A stretch of 64,000 nucleotides of DNA from Nitrospirota bacterium (lineage in GTDB: Bacteria > Nitrospirota > Thermodesulfovibrionia > Thermodesulfovibrionales > UBA1546): NCBI GenBank assembly GCA_016195565.1, contig JACPZK010000032.1, forward strand, positions 26,851 through 90,850, in the 5' to 3' direction. The position numbers and the translations under genes were made by a program. This document shows positions 29,928 through 37,683 of this stretch, in pieces. The notes beneath the pieces are model-generated. The model saw only the letters and a program-made list of their open reading frames with translations. It was not told where the DNA came from and searched no databases. Each line of letters begins with the position of its first letter. Position 1 is the first letter of the stretch.

Positions 29928-31013
29928 CTACGATCTGGAAAGCACCCTTAGAAACGCCTCAACTACCCGTGGATCAAAGCGTGTGCTGCTGCATCCTTTC
30001 AGTTCTGATATGGCATATTCTCTGCCGGGGGAGGGGCGGTACGGCCTGTCCGCTGTCATTGAGTCAAAGGAATCCGCTGCATGGAGAATTCGTGCGCAGA
30101 GCGGGATTTTTCCACCTTTAATCCCTTCAGGATATCCCTTGCCGTCAACCCTTTCATGATGATACATGATTAGAGGGATTATATTTTTTAACTGTTTTAT
30201 CTCTTTAAGTATTGCTGCCCCTTGAGCAGGATGTTTTTTTACAATGTCAAATTCTTCTTCTGTGAGTTTTGAAGGTTTATCCAGGAGATAGTCATAAGTT
30301 CCTATCTTACCGATGTCGTGCAACAGGCCTGAGAGACGGATATCTTTTATCTCGTCCTCTTCGATCCCCATCTCTTTTGCTATTTGTTCAGCGTAGCTTG
30401 CAACCCTTTCTGAGTGACCCTTTGTCCACGGGCTTTTTGCGTCAAGGGCGCTGACCATTGCGCGTATGAATTTCATGAAAAGGTCTTCGAGATCTTTATA
30501 GGACTCATTGATATCCTCAAGCATATTAAGAAAGGCATCCCTGCTTTTCTGGAGAGACTGTTCCTTATCTTTAGCTTCATTCAAGGAGATGTCTAATGCC
30601 TTTTTAAGCTCCCTGCATGATCTTTCGGTTTCTTTTATTGCAGCTGTGTCCGCAATATAATGAATTACCCCTATCAGATTGTTTTCATGGGTAATGGGTG
30701 ATGCATAGACAGTCATATGTTTTTTAAATGCAGGCTCGTAAATTTCGGATGTTTCCTTTTTGCCGCTTTTCAGCGTTTTTACTATGGGACAATCTTTAAC
30801 AGGCTCATCTGCACCGTGGATTATACAGCAACCTTTAATATCTTTTTCATCTGTTTTGCCGTAGTTATCGGTGAATGCGCTGTTTGCCAGTACTATATTG
30901 AACTCAGTGTCATGGATAGATATCGGGCATGGCAATGCGTCAATAAGCACGCCCCAGTTCTTAATATGCTCATCAAGCATTTTGCGTAATGTCTCTTTAT
31001 CCTGCATCGCCAT
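29928..31013 (-). CDS. PAS + HD-GYP domain phosphodiesterase
   Basis: HSERVA...LLHDIGKI...HHERVDGKGYP motifs. The start is uncertain (ATG at 31040, 31013 or 31007); all candidates overlap the upstream PAS gene. Confidence 0.85.
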   Translation of the reverse strand: MAMQDKETLRKMLDEHIKNWGVLIDALPCPISIHDTEFNIVLANSAFTDNYGKTDEKDIKGCCIIHGADEPVKDCPIVKTLKSGKKETSEIYEPAFKKHMTVYASPITHENNLIGVIHYIADTAAIKETERSCRELKKALDISLNEAKDKEQSLQKSRDAFLNMLEDINESYKDLEDLFMKFIRAMVSALDAKSPWTKGHSERVASYAEQIAKEMGIEEDEIKDIRLSGLLHDIGKIGTYDYLLDKPSKLTEEEFDIVKKHPAQGAAILKEIKQLKNIIPLIMYHHERVDGKGYPEGIKGGKIPLCARILHAADSFDSMTADRPYRPSPGREYAISELKGCSSTRFDPRVVEAFLRVLSRS

Positions 31014-32511
31014 GTTGCTTGTACTTTGAAAGTTCAGCATTCAATTGTGCTGTTTCTTTTTTTAATTCTTTCATTTTGAGTTCTCTGCCGACAGCCATAG
31101 CATAAAATTTCTCAAGATCTTCTACTCTTTTTTTAAGTTCTTTCTCTGATTCCGTGAGCATCCGCTGGGCATTCTTTAAGGCTGTAATATCTGCTGCTAT
31201 AACGATTGAGTGCAGGAATTCGCCTTTTTCATCAACAATCGGACAGTGGCTTACGTAAAACCAATCTCCTGTGTTTGTTTTTACCTCGGTCCACTCTTTT
31301 AACTCTCCACTGTGTATTTTACCAACGCAATGTCCTGTCTGTTCAGGATTGCAGGTAAAGAACTCGTAACACTTACGACCTAACAGCTCTTCAACAGGCA
31401 ATCCCACGAACTCTGCAAATCTTTTATTGCATCTTGTAATATCAAAGTTTTTGTCAATGAGTATTATAATCTCCATAGCATTATTAAAAGTCATTTCCCA
31501 TTCAACCTTTGCTTTAGTTACGGCATTAAGAAGAGCGGTAAGTTTTTCTTCCGCTTTTTTGCGTTCGGTGATATCTCTTACAACATGGATTAATCCCACA
31601 AGATTTTTATCCTCATCAAGCCTCGGAATGGCTCTTATCTCAATGAATATGTTTAAATGAGGCTCAAACAGTTCGAATGCAGCAGGCTGTTTTGTTATGA
31701 GACACTGGCAGCTTGGGTATTCTTCCGGAGGACGGTTGTCTCCATGATAGTATTCGTCACACTTTGACTTAGGAACGTTCAGTAAAGGCAGTCCGAGTAT
31801 TTTTTCTGCAGATTTATTTGCATTGATGATATTGAAATCCTTGTCGTGAATAGTAATCATATCAGTGATGGTATTAAAGGTGTCTTCCCAATCCTGCTTT
31901 GCCTGAAGAATCTGGCTTTCCATCTTTTTACGCTCTGTGATGTTGTGAAATATCCCCTGTGTGGCAAGTACTTTTCCACCTATAAAACGCATGTTTACAT
32001 TACCCTCAACCTCTATTTTGTGCCTATCCTTTGAAATGAATGTTGCTTCTACATTGTCTGCGGCCTCACCAGACATTACTCTCTGAAAAGCAGCTGCGCA
32101 GTGCTCCCTACAGTCAGGGTGGATGATGTCAAACATGGTTATTGTTTTGAGGTCATCCTGAGTATACCCCATAGTCTTTAACCATGCAGGATTTACAAAT
32201 ATAAATCTGCCGTCAGTGCCAACACTCTGAATCATGTCGTGGGCATTTTCGAACAGGGTGTGATAACGTTCCTCGCTTTCTACCATAGCCTGCTCTGTTT
32301 TACGGCGTTCGGCAATGGTACCCCTGGCATGAACCAGCAATAAGATAATGCTCCAGAATAAGAACCGCATCCAGATTTCATGAGGGTCAGGGGCAAAGAG
32401 TTGGGATGTAACAGTGCCTTCACGGAATATAAGGGCGTTTATAACGGAGTTAGCGATCCAGTTAGCTGCTCCAATTCCCATGCTGAACAGGATATATTTC
32501 AACTTCTTCAT
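30997..32511 (-). CDS. membrane-anchored multi-PAS sensor protein without a recognisable output domain
   Basis: Two N-terminal TM helices and about three PAS units (ERYHTLFENAHDMI..., WEDTFNTITDMITIHD..., WEMTFNNAMEIIILID...), with a C-terminal coiled coil. Confidence 0.7.
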   Translation of the reverse strand: MKKLKYILFSMGIGAANWIANSVINALIFREGTVTSQLFAPDPHEIWMRFLFWSIILLLVHARGTIAERRKTEQAMVESEERYHTLFENAHDMIQSVGTDGRFIFVNPAWLKTMGYTQDDLKTITMFDIIHPDCREHCAAAFQRVMSGEAADNVEATFISKDRHKIEVEGNVNMRFIGGKVLATQGIFHNITERKKMESQILQAKQDWEDTFNTITDMITIHDKDFNIINANKSAEKILGLPLLNVPKSKCDEYYHGDNRPPEEYPSCQCLITKQPAAFELFEPHLNIFIEIRAIPRLDEDKNLVGLIHVVRDITERKKAEEKLTALLNAVTKAKVEWEMTFNNAMEIIILIDKNFDITRCNKRFAEFVGLPVEELLGRKCYEFFTCNPEQTGHCVGKIHSGELKEWTEVKTNTGDWFYVSHCPIVDEKGEFLHSIVIAADITALKNAQRMLTESEKELKKRVEDLEKFYAMAVGRELKMKELKKETAQLNAELSKYKQHGDAG

Positions 32512-32635
32512 AATTTAATTCTACCATAAAACACGGCTGGCCGAGATGTTGGATGGCTTGCAGGGATTTGCACGGCAATCTCTTGAATAAAAAACGAATA
32601 TCCTTTATGATTAGAGACAATAACGGAGGGGATTT

Positions 32636-32860
32636 ATGGTATCAAAGGAACAGATTGAAGTTGTTCTTGAAAAGGTAAGGGCAGGGCTCAGGTCTGAGGG
32701 CGGAGATATGGAGTTTGTGGATATAAAAGATAATGTCATGTATGTAAAGCTGACGGGCGCATGCGGAACCTGTCAGATGTCCACACTTACGATGAAGAAC
32801 TGGGTGGAGGCAAATATCAAGCGCGAAATCCCTGAGATTACCGCTGTTCAGGCAGTATGA
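32636..32860 (+). CDS. NifU-like (C-terminal domain) Fe-S cluster protein
   Basis: 74 aa; GGDMEFVDI...V.LTGACGTCQMS is the CxxC motif typical of the NifU C-terminal domain. Confidence 0.8.
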   Translation: MVSKEQIEVVLEKVRAGLRSEGGDMEFVDIKDNVMYVKLTGACGTCQMSTLTMKNWVEANIKREIPEITAVQAV

Positions 32861-32882
32861 CCTTGCCGGGAGGGACAGGTAG

Positions 32883-34067
32883 ATGACAAGGCGCAATTTT
32901 ATTTTTTCCCTTCTGTCTCTTAAGGTATTTCTTTCCTCATTTTTCTCCTCTAAAAATGCCCACGCCTCTGACCCTGTTGATGTCAAAGATATAAGGCAGT
33001 GGTCGTCAAAAGGATACACAAGGGTGGCTGTTGACCTTTCTGCTCCTGTTGAGTTCTCAAGCAAACGAATCTCAAATCCTGACAGGCTTTATTTTGACCT
33101 GAAAAACACTAAAATCTCAAAAGAGATAAATACCACGCTTCCTGTCGGAGACGGCATATTAAAGACAGTAAGGGCAGGGCAGTTCAATCAAGATACTGTG
33201 AGAGTAGTGCTGGACTTGGAGGAGATAAAAGACTTTAAGGCATTTATCCTTGAAGAACCTGCAAAGCTTATTATTGATGTCTATGGCAATAAGCCAATAA
33301 AACCCCATGATGATGTTTTGAACCTAAAGACAATAGTTATTGACGCCGGGCATGGGGGACATGATCCCGGAGCAGTGGGTCCCACCGGTCTTTATGAAAA
33401 GGATGTAGTTTTGGATATTGCGTTGAAGCTAAAAGACATTCTTTCAAAAAATAGTAATTTAAAAGTTTTTCTTACAAGGGAAAAGGATGTATTTATTCCG
33501 TTAGTGGAAAGGACGGCTTTTGCAAACAGCAAACATGCAGACCTTTTTATATCAATACATACAAATGCAAGCCCGAACAGGAATGCAAGAGGCATCGAAA
33601 CATATCTCCTTAACTGGACCAACGATGATGAAGCCATAAGGGTCGCGGCAAGAGAGAATCAGATATCATTAAAGAAGATGAAAGAGCAGATGAATAAATA
33701 TAAAAAGAATGATGTTGATGTAATGCTTAGCAGCCTTGAAAGGGACTATAAAAGAGACAAATCATTAAACCTTGCCGGTTATATTCAAAAGTCAGTTATA
33801 TCTGTCTTGAGCAAAAAATACGACAATATCCATGATCGCCGTATCAAGAACGCACTTTTTTACGTCCTAATGGGAGCGCAGATGCCTTCTGTTCTTGCGG
33901 AGGTTTCATTCATAAGCAATCCTGTTGAGGAGAATTTGCTTTCAAAAGATACTTATAGAGATTATATTGCAAATGCAATGGCTGACGGCGTTAATACCTA
34001 TGCGGCTGCAATGCCCCCGGATCAGAAAACGGCAAAAAGTCAGAGATTAGTTTTGGCAGGGAAATAA
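32883..34067 (+). CDS. N-acetylmuramoyl-L-alanine amidase (AMIN + Amidase_3)
   Basis: An AMIN-like N-terminal domain (TRVAVDLS...RLYFDL...VRVVLDL) and a catalytic domain (IVIDAGHGGHDPGA...SIHTNA...E.SFISNP). Confidence 0.85.
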   Translation: MTRRNFIFSLLSLKVFLSSFFSSKNAHASDPVDVKDIRQWSSKGYTRVAVDLSAPVEFSSKRISNPDRLYFDLKNTKISKEINTTLPVGDGILKTVRAGQFNQDTVRVVLDLEEIKDFKAFILEEPAKLIIDVYGNKPIKPHDDVLNLKTIVIDAGHGGHDPGAVGPTGLYEKDVVLDIALKLKDILSKNSNLKVFLTREKDVFIPLVERTAFANSKHADLFISIHTNASPNRNARGIETYLLNWTNDDEAIRVAARENQISLKKMKEQMNKYKKNDVDVMLSSLERDYKRDKSLNLAGYIQKSVISVLSKKYDNIHDRRIKNALFYVLMGAQMPSVLAEVSFISNPVEENLLSKDTYRDYIANAMADGVNTYAAAMPPDQKTAKSQRLVLAGK

Positions 34068-34069
34068 CT

Positions 34070-34690
34070 TTGCCGCCTGAATTCAAGATTATCATATATC
34101 TTTCTTTTGTTATTGCTATTTATATAGTTCAGAGCCTGTCAGCCTATATCATTATGCTGGCAGTTATTTCAGTATTTCTTCTTAGAATCCCCTTTAGGTC
34201 TCTAAAAAGCGGGTGGCTGCCAATAAGTTTTTTCCTTGCATTTACTTTTCTGAGCAATGTATTTTTTAGCCATGGAAAGATTTTATACAGCATCGGTTCT
34301 ATGCTAATCACAGAGGAAGGGCTTCGTCTTTCCGCAGTAAGGACACTGCGTATATTTTTTATGGTCGTGGGAGCGAAGATACTTACGGCGACAACGCCAC
34401 TTGATGTTATGGTGGAAGCTCTCAGGAAGACCCTCAGTCCCCTTGAAAAGATAGGCATGCCTGTGGGCGATTTTTTTTCTGTAATGGGGTTAACCCTTAA
34501 GTGTTTTCCAAGGCTTAAGGACTATCTGGCAGAGAATTACAGGAATCATAAGAACAATACTGAATCACAGGGGTTTTGGGGAAGGGTAAATATCGTATCG
34601 TCTTTTCTTTTGCCTATGTTTATACAGAGCATACAGTCACCGGAGATGTTCTTTCAGGAGCGGGAAGAGAACCCTGATTTGACAGCATGA
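34070..34690 (+). CDS. CbiQ/EcfT-like transporter transmembrane protein
   Basis: 206 aa, 5-6 TM helices. ITEEGLRLSAVRTLRIFFMVVGAKILTATTPLDVMVEAL resembles the CbiQ family core. TTG start. Confidence 0.45.
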   Translation: MPPEFKIIIYLSFVIAIYIVQSLSAYIIMLAVISVFLLRIPFRSLKSGWLPISFFLAFTFLSNVFFSHGKILYSIGSMLITEEGLRLSAVRTLRIFFMVVGAKILTATTPLDVMVEALRKTLSPLEKIGMPVGDFFSVMGLTLKCFPRLKDYLAENYRNHKNNTESQGFWGRVNIVSSFLLPMFIQSIQSPEMFFQEREENPDLTA

Positions 34691-34771
34691 ATTATGCCAC
34701 AAATTCGTACTTGATTTTATCATAATTAAGTTTTATCATAAACCATAAAATCGTTTAGTTAAGGAGCGGCC

Positions 34772-35077
34772 ATGCCAGTAATAAAGTCCATTTCAAGCCT
34801 GCGCAACCGGACGAGAGATATAGCTTCCCTGTGCCATGAACAGGACGAACCAGTTTATCTCACTACAAACGGCGAGGGCGACCTTGTTGTCATGAGCATT
34901 GAGCATTATGAAAGACTCAAGGCAAGAGTAGAACTTTTTGAAAAACTTTCTGATGCTCAAGCCCAGTCTGCCGCGGGAAGCAAGGGATTTACTCATGCTC
35001 AAGTCATGAATAAACTTTGTCAACGGTCAAAAAAATCATCCCTTATTCGGCAGAATACCAAGAGACGAAAAACTTAA
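34772..35077 (+). CDS. Phd/YefM-family antitoxin (C-terminus runs into a toxin remnant)
   Basis: PVIKSISSLRNRTRDIASLCHEQDEPVYLTTNGEGDLVVMSIEHYERL is the Phd/YefM pattern. AAGGAGCGG RBS. Confidence 0.65.
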   Translation: MPVIKSISSLRNRTRDIASLCHEQDEPVYLTTNGEGDLVVMSIEHYERLKARVELFEKLSDAQAQSAAGSKGFTHAQVMNKLCQRSKKSSLIRQNTKRRKT

Positions 35078-35198
35078 AGATTTCGGTTATCGTGTAATTA
35101 TTATCGAGTCTTACCTTGTATTCTACATTGTGCGTGATAAGACTGTTGAGATTCATCAGGTTATTCACGGTTCACGGAATTTGAGCGATATCATATAA
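35010..35198 (+). pseudogene. N-terminally truncated ParE/RelE-family toxin remnant
   Basis: The frame is open only from 35010 and has no start codon. It reads ...HPLFGRIPRDEKLKDFGYRVIIIESYLVFYIVRDKTVEIHQVIHGSRNL, i.e. the C-terminal ~55 aa of a ParE-type toxin; the first ~40 aa are missing. Confidence 0.55.
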
Positions 35199-35303
35199 TT
35201 TAATTCAATGCCTAATGGATAAAAAATGTTATCTACCGCTGCGGGTATTTTTTATTTTAAAGAGGCAATCAGGGCACCTTCATTCAAAAAAATACGTGAA
35301 GTG

Positions 35304-35435
35304 GAGCCTGCCTAAAAACTCATAACACAGCGCATTATGTCATGCTGAACTTGTTTCAGCATCTAATGAAATCAATGAGTTATGAGACCCTGAAATAAAT
35401 TCAGGGTGACAAATTAATAGTTTTTAGACAGGCTC
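35304..35435. repeat. nested palindromic MITE-like element
   Basis: Outer IR: GAGCCTGCCTAAAAACT (35304-35320) / AGTTTTTAGACAGGCTC (35419-35435), 16/17 matches. Inner unit: TGTCATGCTGAACTTGTTTCAGCATC...ACCCTGAAATAAATTCAGGGTGACA (35338-35411), which has two internal hairpins. Confidence 0.65.
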
Positions 35436-35577
35436 AGTGTCCCTCACCGCCTTTCCACACATAACGGCTGAGCGCAAACGAAACCGATAGGTTTTGTAGT
35501 TAGCCGTTTGTGCTCTGTTAGGTGCAGTTGAGGCATCATTTTATTCAGAAAAAAACTGAAAGTTCGTTGAATTTGTT

Positions 35578-36936
35578 TTACCGCTTAATTTCTTCCATGG
35601 CATCAACGTACAATCTTATGATGTCTTCCAAGTTTTCTTTCCAGTAAACGCAACCGTCACTGCTGTAGAAGCTGTTACCGTCGAATTTAGTCTTTGGGCA
35701 GTAGCCCATGCAAAATGGAAGGTAACGGCATTCCAGGCATTGCTTGTCATCAAGAGGATTATACTCATCCCACTTTTTGCATTGCCCCATCTTTATCGCA
35801 TTGCTCGCATGGCCGCACTCCTTACCGTGTTCGCCTATCTCCAATCCGCATTTAAAATAATACCCTCTTGGGTCAAAGGCATAGGTATTTTTTCTCAGTG
35901 CACCGCACGCCGCATTTACCGGATATGGGAAATCAAGCAATGGTTTGAGCTGCTTTCGGCCTAATAATTTGAAGGCCATTTTCTGAAACTCAAGACTATG
36001 CTTGTAGAATGTGCTTGTACTGACGGTCATGCACCTAAGGTGCCTGTTCGGATTTATCGGACCGACCATAGCCATGTAAGGGGAAAAAACAGTATCACTT
36101 TTTCCGAAGAACCCTTCTTCTTTAAAGATTTCAAGAAGCGAAAATGCATAAGGGATATTGTCCATATCGATATTAATACGAACGGAAAGGTCACTCTTAC
36201 CGATAATCCGTCTCATGTTCTTTAGTATCCTATCAAAGCTGGAACCCTTGTTATTTTTGTAACCACGCCTTTTGTCGTGTATTTCCTTTGGACCGTCAAT
36301 CGTTACTTGGCATGACTTCACTTTATTTTCCATGAGAAGCTTAACAGCACTGTCATTCAAAAGTGTCCCGTTTGTCGCTATTGTCGCCTCATATTCGCAG
36401 TTAAATCGTTTTGCCAGTTTCAAGAAATGGCCGGACAGGTAGGAAATAATTTTCGGCGACAATAGGGGCTCCCCGCCATACCAGTCCACCCTAAGGGATG
36501 AGATAGCGCCCTTTTTTAGTTCTTGGCCAACAAACCCAATAATTTGGTTGCACACCTTTTCGGTCATGCTGCCGAAGGACCGAAATTGATAGCAGTACTT
36601 GCAAGCAAGATTGCATTCTAGAGTAGGTGCAATAATGAGATGTAATGGTCCGCTTTCCCTGATCCTCCGGAGACGCTTTTTTATGATACTCACTTCATCG
36701 AGATCGGCGTTGACCATAAAGCCTCCCTCTTTAAGCGTGGCGAATAAAGGTCGGATCTCAGAAGTTATGGCGGCAAGATTTAGGCGGCCCAGTGAAAGGA
36801 TATTCTGAGCTATGGGATGTATCCCACTCGGCATCCGAATCAAAGACGAGCGCAGGCCGTTAAACAAAAGCAGATCGCCACACCCAGATTCAGGAATGAA
36901 GAAGTTATAACGTGACGGTTTGTAGTATTTTCCCAT
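35578..36936 (-). CDS. radical SAM/SPASM-domain peptide-modifying enzyme (maturase-like)
   Basis: A ~95-aa N-terminal extension, then APTLECNLACKYCYQ (CX3CX2C), GGEPLL, and a C-terminal Cys cluster CGALRKN...FKCGLEIG...CLECRYLPFCMGYCP typical of SPASM/twitch domains. Confidence 0.85.
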   Translation of the reverse strand: MGKYYKPSRYNFFIPESGCGDLLLFNGLRSSLIRMPSGIHPIAQNILSLGRLNLAAITSEIRPLFATLKEGGFMVNADLDEVSIIKKRLRRIRESGPLHLIIAPTLECNLACKYCYQFRSFGSMTEKVCNQIIGFVGQELKKGAISSLRVDWYGGEPLLSPKIISYLSGHFLKLAKRFNCEYEATIATNGTLLNDSAVKLLMENKVKSCQVTIDGPKEIHDKRRGYKNNKGSSFDRILKNMRRIIGKSDLSVRINIDMDNIPYAFSLLEIFKEEGFFGKSDTVFSPYMAMVGPINPNRHLRCMTVSTSTFYKHSLEFQKMAFKLLGRKQLKPLLDFPYPVNAACGALRKNTYAFDPRGYYFKCGLEIGEHGKECGHASNAIKMGQCKKWDEYNPLDDKQCLECRYLPFCMGYCPKTKFDGNSFYSSDGCVYWKENLEDIIRLYVDAMEEIKR

Positions 36937-36966
36937 AGCCCAGTATCTCTTGCGCCTAATCTTGCA

Positions 36967-37167
36967 TCATACTAGGCAGACATTACGGCATCCACAGTAG
37001 CGTGCGCGTGCTTTAAGTTTTTTGGCCATCTCAGGGTCAGGCTTCATTATCCAGAGGTCATCAAGGTTTATCTTTGCAAGCTCTGCCTTCGACAACTCAC
37101 TTAATTTGACCAGTTTAATGCCTTCTTTGGCTAATTCTTTTTTTATCGACTTCTTTCCCTGTTCCAT
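36967..37167 (-). CDS. 66-aa candidate precursor peptide with C-terminal Cys triad
   Basis: GAGGAGG RBS 7 nt before the ATG. Sequence: MEQGKKSIKKELAKEGIKLVKLSELSKAELAKINLDDLWIMKPDPEMAKKLKARARYCGCRNVCLV. It ends 30 nt upstream of the radical SAM gene on the same strand. Confidence 0.55.
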   Translation of the reverse strand: MEQGKKSIKKELAKEGIKLVKLSELSKAELAKINLDDLWIMKPDPEMAKKLKARARYCGCRNVCLV

Positions 37168-37348
37168 AAAAAACCTCCTCTGTCTCTAAATATTGATTGT
37201 TTGAACTTATAAAATCAAGGAAAAACTTACTCACCTTTTATATTACATTTTCACAGCCTCCTTTCTCTTGCCGAAATGAGCACCTGACTCGTTCACAGAC
37301 GACAATGTTGCCTTTTGTTCAGTTTTGGATGGATAGGCGACAGATGGA

Positions 37349-37546
37349 CTACCCGCCTCCTTTCCCCTCTAAAATCTGGTCTAATGGGTTTCGTATCTTC
37401 ATAAGAGCCTTATTACTTACCTGGCTATAAATCTCTGTTGTTTTACTGTGATTTGGAATGGTTTTTATTTTTTGCACAAGGGTAGGGTTGTAAGAGAATG
37501 CAATTGTTATTCTTCTGTCTGAACTGTCTTTGCTGAGAGTTACCAC
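37349..37546 (-). pseudogene. internally deleted tyrosine recombinase/integrase remnant
   Basis: The 65-aa ORF joins an N-terminal-type segment (RRITIAFSYNPTLVQKIKTIPN) directly to a C-terminal-type segment (HSKTTEIYSQVSNKALMKIRNPLDQI, cf. GH...T.iYtHv....l.ki.sPLD). The ~250-aa catalytic core is absent. Confidence 0.5.
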
Positions 37547-37683
37547 ATTGTTGTCCCCCTCTCGCTATTGAGAAGTATTATATTAAGCAGTCTTAAATCA
37601 GTCAATCATATTCTTATCAGGGGAAAAGGGGCGGCAAAGGGTTCTAAGGAATGCCGATGTGATAGAATAACCTGTTGGAGGTT

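Noticed and set aside
37197-37430. 77-aa plus-strand ORF upstream of the peptide gene
   Set aside because: It overlaps the integrase remnant in antisense and the promoter region of the peptide/radical SAM cassette. It has no RBS or motif.
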